The notes beneath the pieces were generated by a model that was not told the DNA's origin, searched no databases, and saw only the letters and a list, made by a program, of their open reading frames with translations. 64,000 nt of DNA from an uncultured Dehalococcoidia bacterium (GTDB lineage: Bacteria; Chloroflexota; Dehalococcoidia; Lucifugimonadales; GCA-2712585). Each line of letters opens with the position of its first letter. The stretch's first letter is position 1. Below are positions 29,354-39,345 of this stretch, piece after piece. The stretch lies in contig OY282371.1 of assembly GCA_958295715.1 (NCBI GenBank), positions 1,175,261-1,239,260 on the forward strand, read 5' to 3'. The position numbers were made by a program, and so were the translations under genes.

Positions 29354-30541
29354 ATGTCTAAGACCTCCCTATGGCTCATCCTGGCGGTGGGGCTGCTGAC
29401 CGCCGCCGCGGCCGGCTGCGTCCTATACGCCGAAAACCAACCCGCGCCCGCGCCCACCATAGAGCTTCCTGAGGAGGCGCCCCCTGAGTTCGGCGTCCTC
29501 TTTGAGGTCTACTCAGCCCTCATGGAGGACCACTACAACCGCGCCGGCCTCGACCCCACCACCCTCAGCCGCGGGGCCATTCGCGGGATGCTCGACGCCT
29601 TGGACGACGACCACGCCGCCTACCTCGACCCGGAACTCTTCAACACCGAACAGGAGCGGTTCAGAGGCTCCTTTGAGGGCATCGGCGCCGAGGTGAGCGC
29701 GCGGAACGGCCGGATTATAGTCGTGGCCCCCATTCCCAACACCCCGGCCGAGGCCGCCGGCATCCGCTCCGGCGACGAGATCCTTGAGGTCGACGGCGTG
29801 AGCACCGAGGGCATGGGCATCTTCGACGTGGTAGCCAAGATTCGCGGCCCCGAGGGAACCCCCGTAACCCTCCTGGTGCTCCACCAGAACGACTCCTCCC
29901 CCGTCCTCATCACCATCACCCGGGGCGTCGTAAAGGTGTCCACCGTGGATGTTAGGATACTGAGCGGCGGCATCGCCCATCTTCAGGTCCACTTCTTTGG
30001 GGAAAACACCAGCAGCGACTTCAACGAGGCCCTCGACAGGATAAGGCGTCTGAAGGCGCGGGGGCTGGTGTTGGACATCCGCGACAACCCCGGCGGGCGT
30101 GTCGACGCGGTGGTGGCGATGACCAGCCAGTTCCTGAACTCCGGCCTCGTCCTCTACCAGGTCGACGGGTGGGACAGGCGCACCGACTACGCCGTGCGGT
30201 CCGGCGGCCGGGCCAAAGACATCCCCATGGTGACGCTGATAAACGACTTCAGCGCCAGCAGCAGCGAGATTATGGCCGGCGCCCTCCGCGACCACAACCG
30301 GTCCCAACTCATCGGGGTCAAGACCTTCGGCAAGGGCAGCGTCAACGTTCAGCGCTCCCTCAGCGACGGGTCGGGCATCTACTACAGCATCGCCCGGTGG
30401 TTCACCCCCAGTGGCTCCCTCATAGAGGGCGAGGGCATTGAGCCGGACATAGAGGTCCCATCGGACCCGGAGGGGACGGCGGACCCTCAGCTGGACAGGG
30501 CCATTGAAGAGTTGCAGGCCCTCATAGCGGCCGGGAGTTAA
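29354..30541 (+). CDS. ctpA: Carboxy-terminal processing protease (S41A, PDZ)
   Basis: FEGIG, DIRDNPGG, catalytic SASSSE and TFGKG motifs; N-terminal signal/lipobox. Confidence 0.9.
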   Translation: MSKTSLWLILAVGLLTAAAAGCVLYAENQPAPAPTIELPEEAPPEFGVLFEVYSALMEDHYNRAGLDPTTLSRGAIRGMLDALDDDHAAYLDPELFNTEQERFRGSFEGIGAEVSARNGRIIVVAPIPNTPAEAAGIRSGDEILEVDGVSTEGMGIFDVVAKIRGPEGTPVTLLVLHQNDSSPVLITITRGVVKVSTVDVRILSGGIAHLQVHFFGENTSSDFNEALDRIRRLKARGLVLDIRDNPGGRVDAVVAMTSQFLNSGLVLYQVDGWDRRTDYAVRSGGRAKDIPMVTLINDFSASSSEIMAGALRDHNRSQLIGVKTFGKGSVNVQRSLSDGSGIYYSIARWFTPSGSLIEGEGIEPDIEVPSDPEGTADPQLDRAIEELQALIAAGS

Positions 30542-30544
30542 ACC

Positions 30545-31000
30545 GTGGCGCCCACCAAGCAGATATCTGTTAATCGCCAGGCCCTGTTCAACTATGAGAT
30601 CCTGGAGCGGTACGAAGCAGGCATAGAACTGACCGGCTCCGAGATAAAGTCCGTCCGCGCGGGCAGGATAGACCTCAGAGGCAGCCACGCGCGGATTACC
30701 GGCAACGAGTTATGGCTCCACGGCCTCCACATAGCCCTATACGACCCGGCCAGCCGGCAAAACCACGAACCCAAGCGGCCACGCAAACTCCTCCTCCACC
30801 GCAGCGAGATAACGGAGGTGGCGGGCAAGATAGCGCAGAAGGGCTTGACCCTGGTTCCCCTGCGTTTTTATGTTAAGAACCACTGGGCCAAGGTGGAGCT
30901 TGGGCTGGCCCGGGGCAAGCGCAAGTACGATAAGCGCAGGGCCATTATTGAGCGGGATAGGGAGCGGGAAGCGCGGCGGGCCCTTCGCCAAGTGGTGTAG
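30545..31000 (+). CDS. smpB: SsrA-binding protein
   Basis: NR.A.FNY, EAGIEL.G.E.KS.R, RKLLLH and GKRKYDKR motifs. Confidence 0.97.
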   Translation: MAPTKQISVNRQALFNYEILERYEAGIELTGSEIKSVRAGRIDLRGSHARITGNELWLHGLHIALYDPASRQNHEPKRPRKLLLHRSEITEVAGKIAQKGLTLVPLRFYVKNHWAKVELGLARGKRKYDKRRAIIERDREREARRALRQVV

Positions 31001-31054
31001 CCAAACCGGCGCTAGACATATGGCCGTTGTAGGTGGATAATAGGGGCAGGACAT

Positions 31055-31411
31055 GGGGACGCGTGGTTTCGACAGGGGAAGGTCCTGAAGGATTGCAGGC
31101 CGGGGCGCCACCCACCCCGTTAATAAGGTGGTAAAAAAGTAACCGGCGAAAGAGAATTCGCTCTAGCCGTCTAAGCATTTAGACGGCTCGTCTGCCCCCG
31201 CTAACCCCGGGTGCGGGGAGCCAGGCGCAAGAAGGCCGGGGGGCATCCATCCGGAGTCCGGTTAGGGATGGCCTGAGAGCAATCGGATAGCCCTTCAAGA
31301 CTGCGCCGATAGAGGGTTGAAGAGGCGAAAAAAGATTACCGGCTAAGCCTGTAGCATATCCTTGCTAGACTTCTTCTGGACGGGGAGTTCGACCCTCCCC
31401 CGTCTCCACCA
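31055..31411 (+). ncRNA. ssrA: tmRNA; tag (A)GEREFALAV*
   Basis: 5' GGGGACG..TTCGAC; 3' T-arm GGGGAG-TTCGACC-CTCCCC and CGTCTCCACCA; tag ORF ggc gaa aga gaa ttc gct cta gcc gtc taa; follows smpB. Confidence 0.95.
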
Positions 31412-31476
31412 ACCACCTCTTTCACTGCCTAACCCACACCCTTGAGACCACACCACCCTACTGTAGAGGCGCGCCA

Positions 31477-32568
31477 ATGATATGGATAAGAACCGGAACC
31501 GTGTGGGGCCCGGCTTCCCCCCAACCGGTGTTGGAAGAAAAAGGCTTAGAGCGCCTCATCGCAGAGAACCCGGAGTTTCTGCCGCTGGCCGGCTCACCCC
31601 GCCTTTTCGTCCTCGGACGTCAAGTTACCCTAGGAACGGGTGCGGCGGATATCGTCGCGGTGGAGTCGACGGGCCGGCCCGTGATTATAGAGGTGAAGCT
31701 CGCGCGCAACTCCGAGGAGCGAAGGACCATCGTTGCCCAAACGCTTGATTACGCATCCTCACTCCACGGGTACAGCATCAAGGAGTTGGAGGATGGCCCC
31801 CTTTTCTGGCATCTCGCAAACAAGGGCGGGTCCATCATTGAAGCCGTACAGAGCCAAGATAAAGAGGTGGACAAAGAGTCCTTTGAGTCTTCAATGGAGG
31901 GCTACTTAGAGAGGGGAGCCTTCAGACTGGTATTTGCTTTTGACGAGCCGCCGCGACGCGCGTTGGAAAGGTTGGTTAGCTACCTGGACGCGATAACCAT
32001 TGATGAGCTAACCATAGACCTCGTTGCCCTTAGGCTTAGGCGCTACGACATAAATGGCGTAGAAGTCGCTTCACCTAAGCGCATCATCCCAGGTGTGAGA
32101 GAGTATCAACTTAAAGCCTCATCGAAAAGAGCGCGGTCTCAGCGAAGCGAAGCAATCGAATCAGAAGGTGCCGACGACTTCAAAAGGTACCTAGAAGGGG
32201 TCAGCGACGCGGAACGCGAAGGGTACGAACCGTTGATTGCTTGGGCGGAAGAGATAGCGTCGTTGCCTAACGTACACATACTCAGCAGAACCTACAAAAC
32301 CGGAAACGCCAGCCTGATACCCAAGATACGCGCCGATGATACCCGCCTCGTTTTAATATGGAAAGCAGGAAAGCGCCCATCCATGGAATTGAGGTGGGAA
32401 GCGCTTGAAAGGCTGGCGCCCAACTCTATCGAGGCCATTGAAGCGGCCATTGTCACTGAGAGGCTAGAATCCTATAGCACAACGATTCATGAATTCACAT
32501 CGGAGGTTCTGGAGGCGTTGACCGCGGCTTACAAAGAGGCCACCGGCTATCAGGACGAACAGCCCTAA
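31477..32568 (+). CDS. PD-(D/E)xK nuclease-like protein (NucS/DUF91-like N-domain)
   Basis: E..LE..I..NP, ADIVAV...G..VIIEVK and Q.LDYA motifs; visibly lower GC than neighbours. Confidence 0.7.
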   Translation: MIWIRTGTVWGPASPQPVLEEKGLERLIAENPEFLPLAGSPRLFVLGRQVTLGTGAADIVAVESTGRPVIIEVKLARNSEERRTIVAQTLDYASSLHGYSIKELEDGPLFWHLANKGGSIIEAVQSQDKEVDKESFESSMEGYLERGAFRLVFAFDEPPRRALERLVSYLDAITIDELTIDLVALRLRRYDINGVEVASPKRIIPGVREYQLKASSKRARSQRSEAIESEGADDFKRYLEGVSDAEREGYEPLIAWAEEIASLPNVHILSRTYKTGNASLIPKIRADDTRLVLIWKAGKRPSMELRWEALERLAPNSIEAIEAAIVTERLESYSTTIHEFTSEVLEALTAAYKEATGYQDEQP

Positions 32569-32668
32569 CCCGCGCCCTCCGCCGGCGCGTCGCTGACCAA
32601 GGCAGCCGCTAAAGGCCGGCCCCCGGCGCTTATGTCAACAAGCCGCCCGAACTAGCCGGGCCCGTCCC

Positions 32669-33859
32669 TCAGTTCAGGATTCGCTGCCCGTACAGCCTCA
32701 CCGCGTTGTCCCACAATATCTTGCGCTTGCTCTCCTCGGATATGGGCTGCACGATAAAGTCGGGCAAGGCCCTGTCCGGGTCGGGGGCGTCGGGGTGGGA
32801 GTAGTCGGTGTTCCACACAATGTTGTCGTCCCCCAAGGCGTCCACCACGCCCTTCAGGTGGAACTCGTCGGGGTCGCAGGCCACAAATCCCTGCCGCAGG
32901 AAGTACTCGCTGGGACTCAGGGGAAGCGGCTCCAGGTCGTACCACATCCCTTGGCGGCGGTCGCGCAACCCGTGGTCGTTGAGCCGGCCCAGCCAGAAGG
33001 GGAGCCAGCCGGCGTTGCCCTCCAAGAAGGAGACCCGCAGCTTGGGGAAACGTTCCAAGACGCCCAGGAAGATGAGGTGTCCCAGGGATATCATGTTCTC
33101 GAAGGGAAAGCCGATAGCGTGGTCCAGGGCGACCTCAGGCCCCGACACGCTCTGCCGGGGCTGGTAGCGGGAGCCGGTGTGCGGTTCCCCGCTCATGACG
33201 CCGTGGAAGGACACGGGGAAGTCCAACTCCTCGGCCAAGGCCCAGAAGGGGTCATAGGCGGGGTCGTGCCAGGGCCTGCCCTTCGCGGGCTTGGGCATAG
33301 TCACCGTCACGGCTCCCAGACTCTCAACGGCCCGCCGGGTCTCAGCCACCAGACCCTCCACGTCATGCTGGTGAGGCAGCACGCCAACCATCTTGATTCT
33401 GCCGGGGTCCGTGTCGCAAAAGGCCCTGGAAAAGTTGTTATACGCCCGGGCGCAGGCCCACATTAGGCCCTGGTCCATATCGGCGCCAACCCTGAGAGGG
33501 AGGGGCGCGTTGTCAATGCAGACCTGCTTGTCCCAGCCGAGCCTGTCCATGTGCTCAATGCGGCTCTCCGGGGTGAAGCCCGCCTCGTAGGCGGCGCCGT
33601 ACTTCTGCGGCATGAAGTCATCCAAGTCAATGGCGGCCTTGCGGTTGACTCCCGCCCCCTGGATTGTGGTCGTGGTCCTGTTGCCCTTGGGGAAGATCTC
33701 GCACTCCATGAAGCTGCGGCTGGCCCCGGGGCGGCTCTCCTCCGCAGGGCCGACTATGGGCCTGCGGCCGTAGTACTCAGGCTCCATGAATTCGCTCCAC
33801 AGGTCGTGAGGCTCGGTGATGTGCGCGTCGGCGTCTATGACTTTGAAACCCTTGTACAT
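32669..33859 (-). CDS. Amidohydrolase_2-family metal-dependent hydrolase/decarboxylase
   Basis: IDADAH, AYN, FH, ERFP.L...LE..GW and TDY.H motifs; ATG 33859. Confidence 0.88.
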   Translation of the reverse strand: MYKGFKVIDADAHITEPHDLWSEFMEPEYYGRRPIVGPAEESRPGASRSFMECEIFPKGNRTTTTIQGAGVNRKAAIDLDDFMPQKYGAAYEAGFTPESRIEHMDRLGWDKQVCIDNAPLPLRVGADMDQGLMWACARAYNNFSRAFCDTDPGRIKMVGVLPHQHDVEGLVAETRRAVESLGAVTVTMPKPAKGRPWHDPAYDPFWALAEELDFPVSFHGVMSGEPHTGSRYQPRQSVSGPEVALDHAIGFPFENMISLGHLIFLGVLERFPKLRVSFLEGNAGWLPFWLGRLNDHGLRDRRQGMWYDLEPLPLSPSEYFLRQGFVACDPDEFHLKGVVDALGDDNIVWNTDYSHPDAPDPDRALPDFIVQPISEESKRKILWDNAVRLYGQRILN

Positions 33860-33984
33860 GGCTTTGCCCTCCCTACTTTTGTTAACGCTGTTGGGGTATG
33901 ATGCCGGGGCGGTTAACTTGTTGGGATTATAAGCGTCAAACGGGCATTTTGCCACCTTCCGGGGGGAAGGGGCGAGGAGGCGGG

Positions 33985-35226
33985 ATGATAGCCATCGCAG
34001 GGGCAACGCTGCTCGACGGGTCCGGCGGCCCGCCCAAGCCCAACGCCGTGGTGGTCGTGCGGGACGACAGGATAGAGGAGGTGGCTTGGGGAAGCGGCGC
34101 CCGGTTCCCTAAGGACGCCGTCCTCATAGACGCGCCGGGGATGACCCTCATGCCGGGGCTGATAGACTGCCACGACCACCTGGCCCACTTCGGCCACGAC
34201 CTGGCCACCCGTTGGGGCATAAACGAGCCCCAGAGTCTGCGCGGCGCCCGCGTCTACTCCGTGCTGAAGCAGACCCTGGAAACCGGCTTCACCACGGTGC
34301 GCGACGCCGCCGGGCTGGACGCCGGTTTCAGGGAGGCCGTGGATTCGGGTCTCATGCCCGGCCCCCGGCTTCAGGTGGCCCTGAACTTCATCACCCCCAC
34401 GGGAGGGCAGGCCGACCGGACCAGCCCATCGGGTCACTCGCCAAGCCTTGTTCCCCAGCCCGACCTGCCCCTTGGCATAGCCGACGGCCCCTCGGCCATG
34501 AGGGCGAAGGTCAGGGAGATGGTCCGCGCCGGGGCCGACGTCATCAAGACCGCCGTAACGGGGTGGGGCCGTCCAACCAGGGGTTTGGGGCCTAAAGACC
34601 TGATAATGACTAGGGCGGAACTGGACGCCTTGGTGGACGAGGCCCACGTTATGGGCCGCAAGGTTATGTGCCACGTTCTCGGCGGCCCCGGCCTGCGGAT
34701 GGCCGTTGAGGCGGGGGTCGACTCTATAGAGCACGGCTCCTACCTGAATGAGGACCCGGACCTGCTCCCCATGATGGCGCGAAAGGGCATCTGGCTGATA
34801 CCGACCTTCAGCGTGTTCGTTCATCACGCCGCCAGGGGGACCCCTCACGAAAGCGCGCGGGCCAAGGACTTCAGAGAGCATCACGTCAGCAGCTTGAAGC
34901 TGGCCCTCAAAGCGGGTGTGAAGGTGGCGGCCGGTTCCGACGCCGGGGCGTGGGTCCACGGCAACAACGCCCACGAGTTGAGCTGCCTGGTCGAGTCCGG
35001 CATGACGCCCCTTGACGCCATCACCGCCGCCACGGGAGACGCCGCCCAGTGCCTGGGGATGGCCGACGCTGGAACCATAGCCCCCGGCAAGAAAGCCGAC
35101 CTGATACTGGCCCGGGGCAACCCCTTGCAGGACGTCACCATCTTGGAAAGGGGAAGGGCCGTTGAGTTCGTGATGAAGGACGGGCGGGTGTTCTTGGACC
35201 GCAGGGGAGCCAAGCCCTCCCCATAG
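33985..35226 (+). CDS. Amidohydrolase (Xaa-Pro dipeptidase-like)
   Basis: MPGLIDCHDH, GFTTVRD, GADVIK, SIEHG and GSDAG motifs; GAGGAGG RBS. Confidence 0.88.
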   Translation: MIAIAGATLLDGSGGPPKPNAVVVVRDDRIEEVAWGSGARFPKDAVLIDAPGMTLMPGLIDCHDHLAHFGHDLATRWGINEPQSLRGARVYSVLKQTLETGFTTVRDAAGLDAGFREAVDSGLMPGPRLQVALNFITPTGGQADRTSPSGHSPSLVPQPDLPLGIADGPSAMRAKVREMVRAGADVIKTAVTGWGRPTRGLGPKDLIMTRAELDALVDEAHVMGRKVMCHVLGGPGLRMAVEAGVDSIEHGSYLNEDPDLLPMMARKGIWLIPTFSVFVHHAARGTPHESARAKDFREHHVSSLKLALKAGVKVAAGSDAGAWVHGNNAHELSCLVESGMTPLDAITAATGDAAQCLGMADAGTIAPGKKADLILARGNPLQDVTILERGRAVEFVMKDGRVFLDRRGAKPSP

Positions 35227-35230
35227 CTCT

Positions 35231-35300
35231 AGGCGCTACCGGCTGAAGGGCCAGCGAGTCTGGGTTCCGGCCGCGTGCAGGTAGGCGTCGGCGACCTTCA
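35231..35300 (-). repeat. Downstream duplicate of the amidase 3' end
   Basis: 70-bp near-copy of 35320-35389. Confidence 0.93.
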
Positions 35301-35324
35301 TTCCCTTCCCCATTGCTTCAGGCG

Positions 35325-36722
35325 CTATTGGCTAAAGGGCCAACGGGTCTGGGTTCCGGCCGCGTGCAGGTAGGCGTCGGCGACCTTCAGCAAGATGTCC
35401 TCGTGAAAGTTCGGCCCCACCAGCTGAAGGCCGATGGGCAGGCCGCTCTTGGTGAAGCCGCAGGGAACCGAGATGGCGGGATGCCCGGAGGTGTTGAAGG
35501 GGCGGGTGAGCCTGGAAGCCAGGTCTCCGATATCCCAGTCCTTCCCGGCGTGGCTGAACTCGAACCGGCCCAAGGGGGGCGGCGGCAGAATGGAGGCGGG
35601 GGTTAGCAAGACGTCCGCCTCTTTGAAGGCCGCCTCAATCTCCGCGATGAAGCGGCCCCGCGTCGCCTGGCCGCGAATGTAGTTGGGGGCCGACGCCCTG
35701 GCCCCCTTTTCGATTCGCTGGTAGAGGATATCCGGCGTCTCGGCGGGGAACCCGTCCATTAGCGGCTGGAAGTAGGCCGCCGTCTCAGCCTCCGAGAGCA
35801 TGGCGTGGACCTCGTTCACCTCTTCCACGCTGGGCAGAGACACGTCAACCAGAGAGCAGCCCATCTCGCCAAGGCGGGCGACGGCTCCCCGGAGGGCGGC
35901 CTCCACCTCGGCGTCAAGGTAGTCCCAAAAGTAGTCCCTTGGGACTCCGACCCTGGTTCCCGCCGCGTCGCCGTCCAAAGCGGCGAGGTAGTCGGGAACG
36001 GGGGCGTCGGCGCTGAACGGGTCCCGCGGGTCGTGGCCGGCGATGACCTGCATCACGAGGGCGCAGTCCCGCGCGGTGCGGGTGAGGGGGCCAACGTAGT
36101 CGTTGGGCACGCCGTAGACCCCGGCGCCGTATCGGCTCACGCGTCCAAAGGTGGGCTTCAGCCCCACGACGCCGCAGCAGGCCGCCGGATAGCGCACGGA
36201 GCCGCCCCCGTCGGAGCCGATGGAGGCCAGGTCGCAGCCTGCGGCCACCGCCGCCCCGCCGCCGCTGCTGGAGTAGCCGGGCAGGCGGCCCAGGTCCCAC
36301 GGGTTCTTGGTAAGGCCGTACTCAGGCTCAGGGAAATACTCGCCGTAGAGGGGGTTGGTCTTGCCGACCAGGATGGCCCCGGCGCGCTTCAGCCGCTCAA
36401 CCACGGCGGCGTCATAGCCGGGAACGTGGGACTCCAACCGCTTCTCGCCAAAGGTCGTCCGGACTCCCCTCACGTGGAAGATGTCCTTAACGGATACGGG
36501 GATGCCGTGGAGAGGGCCCCGGTAGCCCCCGCGCAGGATTTCAGCCTCCGCTTCCCGGGCGGCTCCCTCGGCCTCGTCGGAGCAGATGGTCACGTAGGCG
36601 TTGAGCAGCGGGTTGAGCCGGTGGATGCGTTCCAGGCGCTCCCTCACCAGTTCCACCGGTGACAGGGACTTCCGGCGGATAAGCTCCGCCGTCTTATGTA
36701 AAGTTACGCCGCCCGATTCCAT
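35325..36722 (-). CDS. Amidase-signature family enzyme
   Basis: LHGIPVSVKD, GYSSSGG and GSDGGGSVRYPA motifs. Confidence 0.9.
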   Translation of the reverse strand: MESGGVTLHKTAELIRRKSLSPVELVRERLERIHRLNPLLNAYVTICSDEAEGAAREAEAEILRGGYRGPLHGIPVSVKDIFHVRGVRTTFGEKRLESHVPGYDAAVVERLKRAGAILVGKTNPLYGEYFPEPEYGLTKNPWDLGRLPGYSSSGGGAAVAAGCDLASIGSDGGGSVRYPAACCGVVGLKPTFGRVSRYGAGVYGVPNDYVGPLTRTARDCALVMQVIAGHDPRDPFSADAPVPDYLAALDGDAAGTRVGVPRDYFWDYLDAEVEAALRGAVARLGEMGCSLVDVSLPSVEEVNEVHAMLSEAETAAYFQPLMDGFPAETPDILYQRIEKGARASAPNYIRGQATRGRFIAEIEAAFKEADVLLTPASILPPPPLGRFEFSHAGKDWDIGDLASRLTRPFNTSGHPAISVPCGFTKSGLPIGLQLVGPNFHEDILLKVADAYLHAAGTQTRWPFSQ

Positions 36723-36759
36723 ATACGCGGCCCTTCAATCCCTCCAAACGAGGGAGTTG

Positions 36760-37332
36760 TTACGAGGCGGCGATGAGTTCCTCAACCAGTTCCTCCAGCT
36801 TGCTTTCATTCAGGATGCCGGCCCACTCCCTCTGAATCTCCCCGTTGGGCTTGATGAAGAAGGTGGTTGGCATACTCTGGATGCCGTAGTCCATGATAAT
36901 CCTTTCGTACTCCGTGCTGCCCGAAGGGTAGGTTATCCGCAGCTCCTTCAGCAGCTGCTGGCCCTCCTCCCTGGTGCCTAAAAGCTGGAAGGGGCCAACG
37001 TCCAGCCCAAAGAATAAGGCCCTGTCGCCGTATTTCTGGTGCACCCTTTCAAGGTCGGGCATCTCCGCGCGGCAGGGGGGGCACAGGGCCGCCCAGAAGT
37101 TGAGGACCATCGGCTTGCCGAGGGCCAGCATACCGTTGAGGGTGAGGTCGGAAGACCCCAGGGTCTCCTCTCCCTGGTAGAGAAAGATGTCGAAGTCTGT
37201 GGCGCGCTCAGACGCGGCGGGGGCGTCCTCGCTGGCGGGGGAACCGGAGCCGCACGCCGCCAGAGCCAGGGCGGCCACCGCCACCGCCGCCAACAGCGTC
37301 AACCTGCTTATGTGGTTCAAACAGCTGCTCAA
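36760..37332 (-). CDS. TlpA/ResA-like thiol-disulfide oxidoreductase lipoprotein
   Basis: LAAC lipobox, NFWA.LCPPCR.EMP and PTT motifs. Confidence 0.88.
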   Translation of the reverse strand: MSSCLNHISRLTLLAAVAVAALALAACGSGSPASEDAPAASERATDFDIFLYQGEETLGSSDLTLNGMLALGKPMVLNFWAALCPPCRAEMPDLERVHQKYGDRALFFGLDVGPFQLLGTREEGQQLLKELRITYPSGSTEYERIIMDYGIQSMPTTFFIKPNGEIQREWAGILNESKLEELVEELIAAS

Positions 37333-37383
37333 AAGGCCACCTCAGATTACAGGGTTGTTAGAGAGTACGCCCGAAGCGTTCAA

Positions 37384-37857
37384 CTAGTTCCGGTTCTTCC
37401 TGGCTTCTTTGGCCCAGAAGCTCCACCTCATGGCCTCGCACTCTTCGGTGAGCACGCCCCTGACCACCTTCACGGCGCCGCGTCCCACGAAGCTGAGGGC
37501 CTTCTCCACGCTGTAGTCTCCAAACTCCCCGTGATGGCGGCTGTAGTTGCCGCCTAGGACCACCGTTGTTATCCCCGCCGACACTATGGCGCCAACGCAC
37601 ATGATGCACGGCTCCCCGGTGCTGTAGAGGACGCATCCCGTAAGGTCCAGGCTCCCCTGGGCGGGGCCGGCGTTCTTCATGGCGGCTATTTCAGCGTGCG
37701 CGGTAAGGTCCAGGTCGCGCTTGGCCGTGTTGCAGCCCACGGCCACCACCTGCCCATCTCTGACCACAACGGACCCGACCAGGGCCTCACCCTCCTTTTC
37801 CCAACGGTGGGCCTCCTCCAAGGCAATACGCATAAACTTCTCATGCTCTGAAGACAT
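37384..37857 (-). CDS. Zn-dependent nucleoside/nucleobase deaminase (CDA superfamily)
   Basis: HAE and EPCIMC motifs. Confidence 0.88.
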   Translation of the reverse strand: MSSEHEKFMRIALEEAHRWEKEGEALVGSVVVRDGQVVAVGCNTAKRDLDLTAHAEIAAMKNAGPAQGSLDLTGCVLYSTGEPCIMCVGAIVSAGITTVVLGGNYSRHHGEFGDYSVEKALSFVGRGAVKVVRGVLTEECEAMRWSFWAKEARKNRN

Positions 37858-37890
37858 ATCTCGTCCTCCGTTGAATCGTATTCGGGGGGA

Positions 37891-38367
37891 TTAGCCTCTT
37901 TCGCCGCGGGCCATTCTGGCCTTGTACCGCCAAGACATCTCCTCGCACTCCTCAACCAGGACGCCGCGCACCACGCTGACCTTGTCGCCCCACTCCACCA
38001 ACTCGATGGCCTTCTCCACGCTGTAGTCGCCGTAGGAGCCGTAATTTGGGTTGTAGTTGCCGCCCATCACCAGGACGCTGACGCCGGCGAAGACGATGGC
38101 CCCGGCGCACATCATGCACGGCTCAAAGGTGGTGTAGAGGGTGCAGCCGGAGAGGTCCGTGTGGCCCAGAGCGGGGCCGGCGTTGCGCATCGCGTCGGTC
38201 TCGGCGTGGGAGGTGAGGTCAAGGTTGGATATGGCCTGGTTGTGGCCCTTGGCGATGACCCGCCCATCCTTGACAATAACGCTGCCCACGGGCGAGTTGC
38301 CCTTCTCCTCCCCCCGGCGGGCCTCCTCCAAGGCCATTTCCATATACCGCTCGTGCTCAGATGCCAT
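37891..38367 (-). CDS. Zn-dependent nucleoside/nucleobase deaminase, tandem paralog
   Basis: HAE and EPCMMC motifs. Confidence 0.88.
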   Translation of the reverse strand: MASEHERYMEMALEEARRGEEKGNSPVGSVIVKDGRVIAKGHNQAISNLDLTSHAETDAMRNAGPALGHTDLSGCTLYTTFEPCMMCAGAIVFAGVSVLVMGGNYNPNYGSYGDYSVEKAIELVEWGDKVSVVRGVLVEECEEMSWRYKARMARGERG

Positions 38368-38433
38368 GATAACGCCTCCTTACCTTTTTACACTTCTAGG
38401 AATTTTGTTGGAACCGGCGCCCCGGAAACACGC

Positions 38434-39345
38434 CTAGTCGTCCTCCACCAACGAGGGTTGGGGAGTCTCTAGGACCCCGGCGGCGCGGGCCGCGGCGATG
38501 AGCTCCCGCCTGTCATCGTTGGAGAGGGCGGGAATGGGAAGCCGGGGAACGCCGCAGTCCATATCCATCCTGGCGTCCACCAAGGCCTTGCAGGTGGCCT
38601 GCATCCCGTATCGAGCCGCCAGGTCGATGAGGACGTTGGCCTTCCCCTGGTACTCTTGAGCCGTCTTTAAGTCGCCCTGCTTGAAGCTCCTGTAGGCGTT
38701 AACCCAAAGCTCCGGGGCCACGGTGAGGGGGCCATCGACCACGCCGACGGCCCCGGCGGTCAGGGCGGCCAGGAAGAGGGAGCCGCTGCCGGTGAACACG
38801 GCCATGCCCATGCCGGCGAACCGGCGGATGTTGTTGAAGTCGGGGGCCGAGTGCTTAACGCCGGCCACGTTGGGGACGGCCCTCAGGACCTTCTCCATGA
38901 GAGGTGCGGTGAACTCAACCCCGGTGTATTTCGGCTGGTTGTAAATGAACAGGGGCAGCCGCGCCGCGTCCACCACGGCCCGGTAGTGGTCGATGATGGC
39001 CTGGTCTGATGGGTGGTAGAAGAAGGGGGGGACACAGGCCACGGCGTCGGCTCCGGCGTCCCCGGCGCCGCGGGCCATTCGCACGGCGGAGGCGGTCGTC
39101 AGGGCGCCAACGTGGACGATGGAGGTGGCCCTGCCTTTGCAAAGCTCGGCTGATATCTGTGCCGTGCGAATTATCTCGTCCTCCGTCAGCAGGACGCTTT
39201 CGCCGGTGCCTCCGCTTATCCAGAACCCGTCAACGCCCGCCCGGATGTTAGACTCCATCACCCGCCTGAAGGCGTCCTCGTTGAGCCGGCCCTCCGGCGT
39301 GAAGGGGGTGATGGTGGCGGCTACGACGCCTTTGAAATCGCTCAT
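38434..39345 (-). CDS. DapA/NanA-family (class I) aldolase/lyase
   Basis: TPF, GGTGE, YNQP and GVKHS (Schiff-base Lys) motifs. Confidence 0.88.
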   Translation of the reverse strand: MSDFKGVVAATITPFTPEGRLNEDAFRRVMESNIRAGVDGFWISGGTGESVLLTEDEIIRTAQISAELCKGRATSIVHVGALTTASAVRMARGAGDAGADAVACVPPFFYHPSDQAIIDHYRAVVDAARLPLFIYNQPKYTGVEFTAPLMEKVLRAVPNVAGVKHSAPDFNNIRRFAGMGMAVFTGSGSLFLAALTAGAVGVVDGPLTVAPELWVNAYRSFKQGDLKTAQEYQGKANVLIDLAARYGMQATCKALVDARMDMDCGVPRLPIPALSNDDRRELIAAARAAGVLETPQPSLVEDD

